IMG/VR virus record: IMGVR_UViG_2778261375_000003
Strand: one strand, 5' to 3'
Length of the DNA: 64,000 nt
Origin: a virus
Lineage: Duplodnaviria; Heunggongvirae; Uroviricota; Caudoviricetes
Made by a program: the position numbers and the translations under genes. Below are positions 40,315 to 53,785 of the stretch, piece by piece (position 1 is the stretch's first letter; each line of letters starts with the position of its first letter). A model generated the notes under the pieces. The model ran no database searches, was not told where the DNA came from, and was given only the letters and a program-made list of their open reading frames with translations.

Positions 40315-43300
40315 TTATGCGTATTGTTGGATGACGGCCAGAACGTCCGCCACGTTGTGTTTTGTCTCGATAATCCACCAGTTACCCGGGAAATCGCTGT
40401 TCTTTGCCTTCGCTGGCAGCCAGCGAGCGCCGAATTTCGCCTTGATTGCGTCTTTCGCACGGAAAAGAATGCCTTTCATGCCGGACGCCTCCTGAAGCCC
40501 AAATACCTCGCCAGCGGCGAATTTTGGTGCGTACATCATCTTCAGGTCGGCGGTGGATACGCGATAATTCAGACCAAGAGACTGAGCTATGCTGGTGGCA
40601 TCACCCTGTATTGATGATAACTCTTCTTGTTTCTCGTTTCTGGCGGCAATTTCTTCCTCCGTGATGTTGCCAAGGGCCAGGTTTATCCGATCAGCGTCTG
40701 CCTGTTTCTCTTCATCGGTGCGCCCGGCAAGTACCGTGTTAATTCTGTGCAATATCTCCACATGATTCTTGCGCATGCTGAGCAATTCCGGCGTAACCTC
40801 GTTAAGGTCCACCAGCCCAAGGATGGCAAGGTCGGTAAACATTGATACCAGGTTGTAGGTCATGCGATAGCTGAGTTGCCCATAGGCTGATGGCAACTGC
40901 ACCGCATCCATTTGATAGGCATCCATAAATTTAGAGCCGTCGTTTACGACATCCGCAATTGCCGGTGTGATTTTCCCTGTGGTGGCGGCCTCCCTGATTG
41001 CTGTTACCCACGATTGAGTCAGCGCGGCGACTGCATGATTCAGATTGGCTTTCCGTTCTGCTGCAATGCGCGCGCTTGCTGCGTCCATTGCCTGCTTGAT
41101 CTCGTCTTTATTGCTGTAAATGCCAATGGTGCCAAACTGTGCTGTGGTGATCTCATAATCTGACGCCCGGAACTCATTGGTACCGAAAATGGCATTGGTG
41201 ACTTCAAGTTCAGAATCCCCGTTACGAGTAGCCCCCTGGCTTGTTTTCTCCGGCATTCTGGCGATCGCATCCGCTATTTTCTCCTGAATTGCTTCAGGGG
41301 ATAGCGTATCTCCGTATGACGCGATTACATCGCCATAATTGGAGCCAAACAGTTCAACCAGGAATGCTTCTGCCGAACGGATCTGGCGGTTATTCCCTTC
41401 CGACATCATACCAAGCACCCATTTTGCAATTGACGACTTCAGCGCGCCGTCACGGCGATCCGGGTAAACCGCATGCTTCAGTGGGTCCGTATAGGTACCA
41501 ACAAAATCAATGCTATAGCCTGACTCTGTAGTCTGAACGCCGTATGAGTCAGTGATTTTGATCATGCCGCGCTGCTGGAAACGGTAGAAATCGTCACAGG
41601 AAACGATGTCGTTAATCCCGGCGATGGAGACGCCACCACTGATTTTCTGCATAACAGCATCTTCATCGGGAGTTACATCAACCTGTTTATCCAGCGTCTT
41701 CACATCCCAGTTACCCGATTTGGTGCCTTTGAAGGTAAAGATGATCTCCACATCTGCGCGCTGGCTGTCGAAGTCCAGCGACTTAATGCGAACGATATCA
41801 CCAGCACAATCATAGTATTGGCCTACACGCCATGAGCGATCGCCGATAACAAGGAACTCACTCGCATGGTTAACCAGGTCAGGATCAACATCCAGAATGC
41901 CTTTATTTATTGCATCCTCCACCAGCGGGCGCAGGCGTTTGATATCCGTCGCGGCCTTCTGAGTACGGTTCAATAATTTCTCATAGCGGGAGATGGCTTG
42001 AGTGATATTAGCCTTGCGCTGAATGGCGCTTTTCAACGACGCGCGATACTGTGCTAACAACATACGGTCTGTGTGATGGACGCTACCCCAGCGGGCTTTC
42101 CAGTCTGCGTTATCAGCTGCTTTGGCCATTACCGCCTGTTTGAATTTAGCTACCTCGGCGGTGGTCTTTTCAAGTTCCGCTTTGCTTCGCTCTAATTCAG
42201 CGGTAAGTACCTCCACATCCTCGCCAGCTGCGTGCTGCGCCTTGATGTAGTTCTGAAGGTCGATAGTAGCCTGTTCTTTCTGGCGAGCGCGTTGCGCGGC
42301 TTTCGCCTTATCCATTTGAACCTGCATCATTGCCAGACGTTCGCCATCATCCTTAGCGGTATACATCTGCATTTCGATCATATCGTTGGCGTCGGCGTTC
42401 TCCATTTCTGACTTATCTGAACGGAGGATATCGGAGATCCAGCCTGCTTTACGCTTCAGCGTCTTCAGTCGGTATTCATCGAAAGAACCCTTGCCGCAGT
42501 AGTAGTGAACGCGAACGCTTGCACGGTTGGAGCCAACTCGGGCACCGCGACCGTTTCGTTGCGCAATACTGGCTGGAGTCCATGGCAACGTCAGATGATG
42601 GATGTCAGTCGTTCCTCGATGCAGGTTGATACCCACCTCTGCCTTTTTGTTGCAGATGATGATCGGAGTCCGGCCCTCCTGGAAGTCGGCTGCAATCTTT
42701 TCCAGACCGCCCAACGACATTTCATTTTGCTGCGCGATATAGGCGTCATACAGAGCCATTTGCTCGTTGTATTTCGCTATCTGTGCATCTGTTGGTTCAT
42801 CCGGTAACTCTTTCGGCGGTTTAACCGCTTTCAGTTTCTTACCGGTTTTACCTGCCTCGGCAACCGTCTGAGCATTCAGTATCCCCACCTTTGAAGGTTC
42901 AAGGTTAAGAGCATTGCAGATAATGCGCTTGAGCTTCTGGTGCTGCGTTTTTTCATCGGTGAAGATGATTTGCTTACCTTCCGGGAAAAACTCCTTCAGC
43001 GTGGCAATCAGCTTCGCGTATTTGGGCGTAACGGGGTGAGTTACGGTCTGTTCGTCAATGCCAAACCTGGCCAGGCGCTTATTCACTTCCTGCTCGAACG
43101 CTTCCGGAACCTGCAACTGAATAAACTCGCCCTTATCTATCAGGGAGTATTGCGATTGCTGCGTGATTGAATCATCACTGTCGTCGTCTTCGCTGGTGGC
43201 TTGTTTAGGCAAACTGTCTGCCAGCTGCTGCACCGCATCGGCGTACTCCGGCAGGAAACGATAGGTGATCCGGCGATAGTACAGGTCCATGTCAGTACAT

Positions 43301-46300
43301 ACGCGGTCCATATCCCTGATTATTGAGAAGATCGGACGGGCTTTCTCGTGCTCAATCACGCCGTCTTCATTGACCGAGGTCGTTACACCATTGTTGGCTT
43401 TGGCCGCCGCTTCCGCCTGCTGACGCAATTCTTCATACGCCGCCAGTTGTTCTTCAGTAAGTGGTGCATCCTGCTGGTGTTCGTCCAGTTCCGGGATCTC
43501 CACGGTATCCTTAACGTCTTCCGCCGTTTTAAGCGTTGTCCAGCGATGGAATATGCCGCGCAGCGCATCAAGGTTTTCAAAACCCACCAGCGCCATTTTT
43601 TCTTCAACTTCGCCGCTGATTTTCTGTACCGTTTCCAGCCTGGTCTTGCCGAAGAATTTAACGAAGTCATCAGGACCGTAGATCCCCATCTTCTGCCAGT
43701 ATTCCTTCGGCAGAACATGAGAAAGCATGTTGTATGCATCGATCGGGGTGTTAACGACTGGCGTTGCAGTCAGGAGAACCGGTCCACGCCCACCATTCTT
43801 TTTCATCAGGTACGCGTTTTTGATTGCCATATCTCGCGCCGATTGCGCCACCGCGCTGGTGGGCAGATAGGCCAGCTGTGACGCTTCGCGACCATTTTTA
43901 TAGCTATTGCGGTAGTTGTGGCCTTCGTCAGCAATCACGCTGTCGAAGCCCATATCCTCAAAGTACGGATACTTCTCTGCTTTTTCGGTACCGGTATCTG
44001 AATACTCCGACAATACCCGGCGACGCGCCGCCTCTTTGCGATGGGAATCGGAGTCCATTGCGCTGGCCACACGCCCGGCAGCAACGAAGTCATAAAGCAT
44101 GTCTTGTGCATGCTCATCTACGGTGTCATCACGTAGCGGAATGCGGGCGTATTGTTCTTTGGTAAACACGACTGCACGGTAGTTTGAGTGCGGGATCGCG
44201 TTCATCCGCGCCGTGATAGTGGCTTCATCTGCCAGCTTAAGAGCATCGCGCATAACTGGAGTGCCATCAGTACCAAGAACAGGTTTACCGTTCTCATTGA
44301 GCACCGGCACCTGGCGAATCTGATCGCCATCCATCAGCACATCAAGACCGACGAACAAGTAGTTACTGAATGCCTCTTCACTCAGGAATTCTTTTGCTTC
44401 GTAATACCAATTTTCCAGCACTGATTTAGGCACTACATACGCAGTACGGGTAGAGCGACCGTTCTCATAGTTGAACGCCTCAAGCGCCAGCGCGGTCGTG
44501 GTTTTACCCAGCCCGGTGCCGAAGCCCAGGATGCCGCGCCCATCTTCGGACAGTCGGCGCACCTCGCTATTCTGGTAATCAAATGGCTGGCGCTTACCGC
44601 TTAATCCCTTCAACCCAAGCGGATCGCCAGAGTGTTCATACGGGATATTGCTATTGAACACATCGTTGTATTTGGCAACCAGCTCATCGTAGCGATCGTG
44701 CGTCTTGATCCACTTATTGAACTGGTCCTCAAGCAGTGCCATCTGCTCGCGGTAGCCGTTCGCCGTCGCGCTATCTTTGCCACCGATACGCGCACCATTG
44801 AGATACTTTTCCAGCTGTGCCGGGAACCCGGTCGCGTTTTCACCCGATTTACGGTCCCACTCGTAGCGGATCTCGCCTGTTTCTTTATCCTTGCGCTGGA
44901 CGACACCGTATCGGTGCCCGACGAACAGACCATCACCACCGTGATAGGTGTCAGAAACCATTTCGTCGCCTTCCAGCTGCACTGACTGCACATAGCGCAG
45001 ATCCGGATAGCCGTTTTCCTGCAAAAATTCCAGAATGACGGAGCGGTCGAACCAACGGCTATTGAGCTTAAAGCGAATATTCTCTGCTGACGTCTTGATG
45101 CGCTTCTCTTCGATCGCTGCCAGCTGATTAAGGACGTTGTTCTTTACTGGACCGTCGGGGAGTGTGGCAAGAAATTCCTGTTTTGGAGCCACTATCTCGT
45201 TAATGTCGCCGCTGGTGGCGCGGGCGAACGGAACAATCCCGCCATACGGTGAAACCGCAATACCAGGGGTGCTGGCCAATAAATTAAGCAACTCTTCATC
45301 ACTGGCTGGCAGTTCGCCGGTAAACGCAAAGCGGAAATCATCGAGCTGGATTGGATCGCGGGTAAGATCGCTATAGAGATAACGCAGGGTGTCCTGATAG
45401 CTGGTGGAGTCATAACTGGCGCTGGAATCATGCGTAACCAGCTTTCCTGTCAGCTCGTCAGAAATAGTGCCATCCAGCTTAATCGCACCACGGAAAGCAA
45501 ACCAGGCGCGCGCACCGCTCCCCGACAATTTCGCTATCGGACCGCGACCGGGGTTACCAAAACGGTCAATCTCTGCCTGCAAACGGGATACCAGAGAAAG
45601 GCGCTGCTGTTCGATTTGTTCAGCACTATGCCCGGCGGCCTTCATGTCCTGATATTCAATTAACATCCGGCCAATCATCGCCCCGCGATACAAGCGTTCA
45701 CGGTATTTTTCAGGCTGGCTGTTAATCCAGTCCACCAGCTGCACCATATCGTCGCTGATTGATGTGGTGTACTTATCGCGGACATTTGCCATCTGGGTAA
45801 ATGTCATGCCGAGACGGCCTTCTGTTGTAGTCAGGTTACGCTGAAGAGCCTCCCAGCTATCCGCGCCATAACTGGCAGCATCGATCTTAAGTTCCTTCCC
45901 GGCATCAGCTTCAATCCAGCGACCACCAGCATATTTTTGCCATACGCCATTAATCAGGCGCATTTCCCCTTCACCAACAACGTCTGCGGTCGGTGACGGT
46001 TCAGCCATATCGAGCAAAGACCAGTCGATACGGCTTTCGAAACGATGAATCAGCTTCGCTTTAAGAGCCTGGTTATCAATCTGACCGTCGGCACGAACCT
46101 CAATACGCCCCTGGAAGCCCTTTTCCTGGGTGCCATGAACAAACCGGCGGCCGTCCTTTTCAAACCACTTGCCAGAAATAAACGTTGGCCAAAGCACATT
46201 TGCCGATTCGAGAGTGCTTTCATCCACCAGGGGGATTTTCTCAGCCATCTCTGCCGGATGTTTGCGCATCAGCACCACATCTACGACCGTACTGGTCCCG

Positions 46301-47082
46301 TTAGCGTCAAAAGTACCGGTAGGCAAGCGGTGGGCACCAAGAAATTCAGCTTTCCGTGATAGGCGCAGGCGTAACCGCTTCATGTTTGAACCTGAAACAA
46401 TGGACGGCGGCACAATCACGCACATGAATCCGCCTGGCTTTATCTTGTCCAGCATGCGGAGCATGAAGTAAGAACCCATGTCCGTTTCTTCTGCGTAAGG
46501 CTTATCGATGTTGCGTGTGTTATCACGACCACCGAACGGAACGTTACCCACAACATGGTCGAATGAATCGTTAGGCGTGCTTACAGCCAGTTGTTCGAAC
46601 GGAGAAATCTGTACGCTGTCTTCCGGGTGCAACAGCTGGTTTATACGACCGGAAACACTGCTGATCTCAGTCGCGGTCATCACCGTACCAACCGGTTTTG
46701 TCTCATTAAAAACGCCGGTTCCCGCCGATGGTTCCAGAGTGTTACCTACGTCCGCGCCGTAGAGCTTCATGATCTCCCAGACACCTTCAGCGATCGGCTT
46801 TGGTGTGTAATATTCGGAGACGGACCCGCCAATGCCGCCTTCGCCGGTGTACCCAGCCAGGATCTGGCGCTGTTCATCTGTCAGTGTCGCGCCGTCCACC
46901 AGCGAATTAAGCAAATCTATCGCCTTCTGATTCGCCTCCCGGCGTAGTCGGTCATAGCTTTTGCCTTCCACCTTTTCCACGCCGTATCTAATCGGCGCTC
47001 GGTGAGATGTTATTGCCCTAATGTATTTCAATATTTCGCTGACACTTGAACAGCGAAACACCCCTATAGATAGCTTGTTCAT
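40315..47082 (-). CDS. darB: DarB antirestriction protein (N6-adenine methyltransferase + DExH helicase fusion)
   Basis: 2255 aa; AdoMet motif LEPSAGTGVF and NVPFGG, helicase Walker A GFGTGLGKTTTAL and DEGH box. Confidence 0.9.
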   Translation of the reverse strand: MNKLSIGVFRCSSVSEILKYIRAITSHRAPIRYGVEKVEGKSYDRLRREANQKAIDLLNSLVDGATLTDEQRQILAGYTGEGGIGGSVSEYYTPKPIAEGVWEIMKLYGADVGNTLEPSAGTGVFNETKPVGTVMTATEISSVSGRINQLLHPEDSVQISPFEQLAVSTPNDSFDHVVGNVPFGGRDNTRNIDKPYAEETDMGSYFMLRMLDKIKPGGFMCVIVPPSIVSGSNMKRLRLRLSRKAEFLGAHRLPTGTFDANGTSTVVDVVLMRKHPAEMAEKIPLVDESTLESANVLWPTFISGKWFEKDGRRFVHGTQEKGFQGRIEVRADGQIDNQALKAKLIHRFESRIDWSLLDMAEPSPTADVVGEGEMRLINGVWQKYAGGRWIEADAGKELKIDAASYGADSWEALQRNLTTTEGRLGMTFTQMANVRDKYTTSISDDMVQLVDWINSQPEKYRERLYRGAMIGRMLIEYQDMKAAGHSAEQIEQQRLSLVSRLQAEIDRFGNPGRGPIAKLSGSGARAWFAFRGAIKLDGTISDELTGKLVTHDSSASYDSTSYQDTLRYLYSDLTRDPIQLDDFRFAFTGELPASDEELLNLLASTPGIAVSPYGGIVPFARATSGDINEIVAPKQEFLATLPDGPVKNNVLNQLAAIEEKRIKTSAENIRFKLNSRWFDRSVILEFLQENGYPDLRYVQSVQLEGDEMVSDTYHGGDGLFVGHRYGVVQRKDKETGEIRYEWDRKSGENATGFPAQLEKYLNGARIGGKDSATANGYREQMALLEDQFNKWIKTHDRYDELVAKYNDVFNSNIPYEHSGDPLGLKGLSGKRQPFDYQNSEVRRLSEDGRGILGFGTGLGKTTTALALEAFNYENGRSTRTAYVVPKSVLENWYYEAKEFLSEEAFSNYLFVGLDVLMDGDQIRQVPVLNENGKPVLGTDGTPVMRDALKLADEATITARMNAIPHSNYRAVVFTKEQYARIPLRDDTVDEHAQDMLYDFVAAGRVASAMDSDSHRKEAARRRVLSEYSDTGTEKAEKYPYFEDMGFDSVIADEGHNYRNSYKNGREASQLAYLPTSAVAQSARDMAIKNAYLMKKNGGRGPVLLTATPVVNTPIDAYNMLSHVLPKEYWQKMGIYGPDDFVKFFGKTRLETVQKISGEVEEKMALVGFENLDALRGIFHRWTTLKTAEDVKDTVEIPELDEHQQDAPLTEEQLAAYEELRQQAEAAAKANNGVTTSVNEDGVIEHEKARPIFSIIRDMDRVCTDMDLYYRRITYRFLPEYADAVQQLADSLPKQATSEDDDSDDSITQQSQYSLIDKGEFIQLQVPEAFEQEVNKRLARFGIDEQTVTHPVTPKYAKLIATLKEFFPEGKQIIFTDEKTQHQKLKRIICNALNLEPSKVGILNAQTVAEAGKTGKKLKAVKPPKELPDEPTDAQIAKYNEQMALYDAYIAQQNEMSLGGLEKIAADFQEGRTPIIICNKKAEVGINLHRGTTDIHHLTLPWTPASIAQRNGRGARVGSNRASVRVHYYCGKGSFDEYRLKTLKRKAGWISDILRSDKSEMENADANDMIEMQMYTAKDDGERLAMMQVQMDKAKAAQRARQKEQATIDLQNYIKAQHAAGEDVEVLTAELERSKAELEKTTAEVAKFKQAVMAKAADNADWKARWGSVHHTDRMLLAQYRASLKSAIQRKANITQAISRYEKLLNRTQKAATDIKRLRPLVEDAINKGILDVDPDLVNHASEFLVIGDRSWRVGQYYDCAGDIVRIKSLDFDSQRADVEIIFTFKGTKSGNWDVKTLDKQVDVTPDEDAVMQKISGGVSIAGINDIVSCDDFYRFQQRGMIKITDSYGVQTTESGYSIDFVGTYTDPLKHAVYPDRRDGALKSSIAKWVLGMMSEGNNRQIRSAEAFLVELFGSNYGDVIASYGDTLSPEAIQEKIADAIARMPEKTSQGATRNGDSELEVTNAIFGTNEFRASDYEITTAQFGTIGIYSNKDEIKQAMDAASARIAAERKANLNHAVAALTQSWVTAIREAATTGKITPAIADVVNDGSKFMDAYQMDAVQLPSAYGQLSYRMTYNLVSMFTDLAILGLVDLNEVTPELLSMRKNHVEILHRINTVLAGRTDEEKQADADRINLALGNITEEEIAARNEKQEELSSIQGDATSIAQSLGLNYRVSTADLKMMYAPKFAAGEVFGLQEASGMKGILFRAKDAIKAKFGARWLPAKAKNSDFPGNWWIIETKHNVADVLAVIQQYA

Positions 47083-47148
47083 TGGTAATCCTTAACAAGT
47101 GACTAGTGTTAAATTCCGTTCAAACACGATGCGAATTATTCTAATTAA

Positions 47149-49879
<2,731 letters not shown>

Positions 49880-49892
49880 CCACCAAAAATAA

Positions 49893-49918
49893 CCCCGGCA
49901 GCTGCCGGGGTTCTCGTT
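49893..49918 (+). terminator. Rho-independent terminator-like hairpin after pro
   Basis: ccccggc-agct-gccgggg followed by ttctcgtt. Confidence 0.5.
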
Positions 49919-50170
49919 AACTATTATCACCTTCGCCTGCGTGCCATATATTTGCGCACCGCGCGGCCTGGACAATCTGAAGCTGTTTCTTTCTGCTGCA
50001 TCAATCTCGCAGCCATGCTCAAAAATGTCAGGCACAGCCGAAGCCCGGCATACAATAGCGGTTCCAGTGGCCACGTCTCATTGAGCACATATACCGCCAT
50101 GAAAATCGAGTCAAAAACTATCGCCGCCAGCGATAACTTCATTGTCGAAAGTCGGCGGAGCTGCCGGAGT

Positions 50171-50728
50171 TTATTCATTGACAAGCCCCGTCAGGCAAAG
50201 CTGGCGTTCTTTTTCACGGCGAATCTTTAAACCTCGCAGGGGCACGCCGTTACTGTTCACGAAATCAGGGAGATGGTTACACATATTCACCCATTCCCCT
50301 TTCTGCGCCCACTTGTGGATGGACGTTTCTACTCGCATGCCTCGCGCTTTGCTGTAGTAGGTCCGTAAGCTATTGCATCCCATATTGAATGCCGCGCTTG
50401 TCATTGCACTGAAGGCATTATCGGGCATGTCTTTGCCCCGGAAGTGCTGATTAATACAGCGTTCAGCGATCAGGATATTCTTTTCCCAATCAGCGGCGAT
50501 TTGCTGGTCGGTTTTTCGCACACCCGGCGTTACCCCGTGTGTATTACCGATCCCGTCAGTCCATACCCCCGCCGGGCACATGTATGGATCACGTCGGCAA
50601 CCTTCAGCGTTACCAATCAGCTCAAGCCCCGCCTGGTTGGTTCGCACATTGCCATTACCCATCACGATGGTAATCATCACCGCGATAGCGCAAATTGCAC
50701 CGCCTCCTGCGGCTGTTTTTCCCTTCAT
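50171..50728 (-). CDS. lyz: SAR-endolysin (T4-lysozyme-like, Lyz)
   Basis: 185 aa from MKGKTAAGGGAICAIAVMITIVMG (signal-anchor-release N-terminus) followed by a lysozyme-like domain; the track ORF is extended 33 codons upstream. Confidence 0.8.
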   Translation of the reverse strand: MKGKTAAGGGAICAIAVMITIVMGNGNVRTNQAGLELIGNAEGCRRDPYMCPAGVWTDGIGNTHGVTPGVRKTDQQIAADWEKNILIAERCINQHFRGKDMPDNAFSAMTSAAFNMGCNSLRTYYSKARGMRVETSIHKWAQKGEWVNMCNHLPDFVNSNGVPLRGLKIRREKERQLCLTGLVNE

Positions 50729-50861
50729 AAAGACCTCATAAGCGAATTTTTTACGCTCCAGGACAAACACCCATTCACAGCCAATACCGACTGACTCGAT
50801 CCCTTTAGAAGGCACAGGATAATGCAAATCACTTGTTAGCTACGTTTCAAAGATATACATT

Positions 50862-50878
50862 ATTGCTCTAATTAATTT
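50862..50878 (+). promoter_or_regulatory. C1 operator upstream of ssb
   Basis: ATTGCTCTAATTAATTT. Confidence 0.7.
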
Positions 50879-50897
50879 ATTTTATTAGGTAAGATAA

Positions 50898-51386
50898 GTG
50901 GCACAACGCGGTGTAAACAAAGTCATCCTGATTGGTACCCTGGGGCAAGACCCGGAGATCAGGTATATACCAAATGGCGGAGCGGTCGGAAGACTCAGCA
51001 TCGCAACGAATGAATCATGGCGCGACAAGCAAACGGGCCAACAGAAAGAGCAAACAGAATGGCATAAAGTCGTTTTGTTCGGAAAACTTGCTGAAATTGC
51101 GAGTGAGTATTTACGAAAAGGTTCTCAGGTCTACATCGAAGGGAAACTTAAAACCCGTAAGTGGACAGATGACGCCGGTGTAGAACGTTACACGACGGAA
51201 ATTATCGTCAGCCAGGGCGGCACCATGCAAATGATCGGCGCTCGCCGCGACGATTCACAATTCTCAAATGGCTGGGGGCAGTCAAACCAACCTCAAAACC
51301 ACCAGCAATACAGCGGTGGCAGTAAACCTCAGAGCAACGCCAATAGCGAACCTCCAATGGACTTTGAAGACGATATTCCATTTTGA
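50898..51386 (+). CDS. ssb: single-stranded DNA-binding protein
   Basis: 162 aa; OB-fold N-terminus [19 protein letters not shown], Gly/Gln-rich linker and acidic tail DFEDDIPF. Confidence 0.95.
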   Translation: MAQRGVNKVILIGTLGQDPEIRYIPNGGAVGRLSIATNESWRDKQTGQQKEQTEWHKVVLFGKLAEIASEYLRKGSQVYIEGKLKTRKWTDDAGVERYTTEIIVSQGGTMQMIGARRDDSQFSNGWGQSNQPQNHQQYSGGSKPQSNANSEPPMDFEDDIPF

Positions 51387-51522
51387 GAGGGCTGAAAGTT
51401 GCTCGATTACTTAAAAATAACTTTACCTAATTGGTGTAAAAAAATGGGCGCAACAAAGCGCCCCAACAATAGAGTTTCAAATTAATAAAAAGGTAATAAA
51501 TAACATGAAGTTAAATTGAGAA

Positions 51523-51602
51523 GAGGCAATTTTATTGCCTCTTCAAAGGTGGCATGAGGGTGCCACCTATATGCGGGCAGTGACATCACTCCCTTCCCGC
51601 AT
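51523..51602. terminator. convergent terminator hairpins between ssb and the porin gene
   Basis: gaggcaat-tttatt-gcctc, ggtggca-tgagg-gtgccacc, and atgcggg...cccgcat inverted repeats. Confidence 0.5.
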
Positions 51603-51619
51603 ATTCTTACCTACCAAAA

Positions 51620-52732
51620 TTAGAATTGGTAGGTCATACCAACAGCAACGATGTTGTCGGTTGCAACCTCAGATCTTTTGGTAAATTCACTTTCATCAAT
51701 CAGGTTGATCTTGTAGTCAACGAAAGCGGACATATTTTTGTTGAAGTAATAAGTCGCACCCAAGTCGATGTATTCAACCAGATCCTGGCTGCCGAACGCA
51801 CCAATATTTTCACCGCGAGAGTGCAGATAAGCGATGGACGGACGCAGGCCGAAATCAAACTGGTATTGAGCAACAGCTTCAAAGTTTTTCGCCTTGTTCG
51901 CGATAAAGTCATCACCGAAGACAGTCATATTCTGAGTTTCAGAATAAGTTGCAGCCAGGTAAATGTTATTTGCGTCATATTTCAGGCCAGTAGCCCATAC
52001 TTCAGCAGTTTTACCAGAAGCATTCAGAGGATCCTTTTTAGCATAGGATACCTGCCCATCAGTACGATCAGATTTTGCATAGGTTGCACCAACGCCAAAT
52101 CCTTCATAATCGTAAGTAGCAGACAGACCAAAGCCATCACCATTAGATTCAACTACGTCACGGCCTTTCCAGTTGTTCACTTTTGCAGCACTATCATTTT
52201 TACCTTGATACTGCAAAGCAAAGTTCAGACCATCAACCAGGCCGAAGAAATCATTGTTACGGTAGGTGGCTACGCCAGTAGCACGCTGGGTCATAAATAC
52301 ATCGGTCTGAGTCCAGGTATCTCCACCAAACTCAGGCAGCACGTCAGTCCAAGCGCCAATATCATAAGCTACACCATAGTTGCGACCATAGTCGATTGAA
52401 CCATAATCAGCAAAACGGAGGCCAGCAAATGCAAGACGAGTTTTATCTTTATCAGAGCCCTCAGATTCAGTACGGTTACCTTTAAATTCGTACTCCCACT
52501 GACCAAAACCGGTTAACTGGTCATTAATCTGAGTTTCACCTTTGAATCCCAGACGAGCATAAGTCTTATCTCCGTCATCACTAGCTGAAGAAGAGAAGTA
52601 ATGTTCTGCGTTAACTTTGCCGTACAGATCCAGTTTATTACCGTCTTTGTTGTAGATTTCAGCTGCTTGCGCAGACATTGCCATCAGGACAGATGCTGCA
52701 ACCGCAGAGAGTGCCACTGTGATTTTTTTCAT
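51620..52732 (-). CDS. general outer-membrane porin (NmpC/Lc/OmpC family)
   Basis: 370 aa; signal peptide [39 protein letters not shown] and C-terminal ...VAVGMTYQF, classical enterobacterial porin signature. Confidence 0.9.
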   Translation of the reverse strand: MKKITVALSAVAASVLMAMSAQAAEIYNKDGNKLDLYGKVNAEHYFSSSASDDGDKTYARLGFKGETQINDQLTGFGQWEYEFKGNRTESEGSDKDKTRLAFAGLRFADYGSIDYGRNYGVAYDIGAWTDVLPEFGGDTWTQTDVFMTQRATGVATYRNNDFFGLVDGLNFALQYQGKNDSAAKVNNWKGRDVVESNGDGFGLSATYDYEGFGVGATYAKSDRTDGQVSYAKKDPLNASGKTAEVWATGLKYDANNIYLAATYSETQNMTVFGDDFIANKAKNFEAVAQYQFDFGLRPSIAYLHSRGENIGAFGSQDLVEYIDLGATYYFNKNMSAFVDYKINLIDESEFTKRSEVATDNIVAVGMTYQF

Positions 52733-52844
52733 TTTTTTTGCCCTTTAGATTGAACTTTTCAGTAGAAAAGAAGTCACTGCGGACAAATGTTTATCTTTTT
52801 TGGATTCGTGTTTCAAGTTTTGCAAATAAAAATCAAGGTATTTT

Positions 52845-52860
52845 TGTGATCAAAATCACA
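52845..52860. promoter_or_regulatory. CRP-type binding-site palindrome upstream of the porin gene
   Basis: TGTGA-TCAAAA-TCACA, perfect match to TGTGA-N6-TCACA, about 120 bp upstream of the porin start within an AT-rich island. Confidence 0.55.
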
Positions 52861-53473
52861 AATAATAGCCTTGAAAACCCAATGGACTATTAGAAAAAAC
52901 TCAATTCACAGAATAAAAATTGACAAAATAGATCAAAAAACAATCAAAAATAAGCACAAAAGACAAACAATTAAATTATCACAAAAATAATAACTGTCAA
53001 AAATAGATAGCCTGTTAATTAACAGGGCTTTAATGGATGTAGACTTGAAATCTACTTAAAAATTAGAATCAAATTAATTACTGCCGATTGGGTATTAAAT
53101 TGAATCTATATTGTGAGAGTTAAAGACGATGTGTTTTAGTTATAAATGTTATTCCCTAAAATGGAGCGGTCTCATCGAATCCTGATTAATAACGAGCTAA
53201 GCTAATTCATTTTAGTATGTGTATATCTTTACCCTCTGAATATGCAATAAAGAAGAGATATTAAACAATATGTAGCTTCAGGATTGACTCTGGAAGAATT
53301 AAAAGATCGACTAAAGTGTTCAATATGTGGTGAGCGAAACGCAAAAATTAATTTTTTTTGATCTAACATATTAGGTAACGGCTTGCTTCCATAACCTAAA
53401 GCAAGCCACTACGCGTTTACTTTAAGTACACAATTAACATATCAGAACAGATTATTTTTGCACAATCAGGGAG

Positions 53474-53785
53474 TTAATATACGATCTGGTCTACATGATC
53501 ACCAAAATCATCATCGTCGTCGTCATCATCGCCACCATCTACTGCTGGCCAATCAACAAACCAGCCAGCGTAAAGATGCAGCGTTCGGAGAACATCACTT
53601 GCGGGAGCATCAAGGGTGTTAACGAATCCCATATAGCTATTGGGATTTGCCCCAGCTATGGCTTCAGCGATCATGTCCTCGGTAATGTCACCGGAGATAA
53701 TGCTTAAACGCCCGGAAACTTCTTCATTATCATCAAATTCGATAATGGCATCTCCGCCTAATGGCGCTGCGATTTTAATCTGCAT
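53474..53785 (-). CDS. small highly acidic protein with poly-Asp tract (103 aa)
   Basis: C-terminal GGDDDDDDDDFGDH run; last gene of the leftward dar operon. Confidence 0.5.
   Translation of the reverse strand: MQIKIAAPLGGDAIIEFDDNEEVSGRLSIISGDITEDMIAEAIAGANPNSYMGFVNTLDAPASDVLRTLHLYAGWFVDWPAVDGGDDDDDDDDFGDHVDQIVY

Noticed and set aside
40446-46947. Numerous plus-strand ORFs of 60-177 aa inside darB
   Set aside because: All are embedded antisense to the continuous 2255-aa darB reading frame; treated as frame artefacts.
47089-47110. Shared ACAAGTGAC motif upstream of prt/darB and upstream of mat (37607-37625) as a late-promoter element
   Set aside because: I cannot reliably recall the P1 late-promoter consensus, and only two instances were found; not reported as a feature.
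47129-47146. Weak operator-like attattctaattaaggt upstream of prt
   Set aside because: Five mismatches to the 17-bp consensus; probably fortuitous AT-rich sequence.
51626-52399. 257-aa plus-strand ORF antisense to the porin gene
   Set aside because: Completely overlapped by the porin ORF, which has a clear signal peptide and porin signature.
51387-53473. IS1 or another insertion sequence at the ssb-dar junction
   Set aside because: No transposase ORF or terminal inverted repeats are visible; the interval is occupied by the porin gene and AT-rich non-coding DNA.
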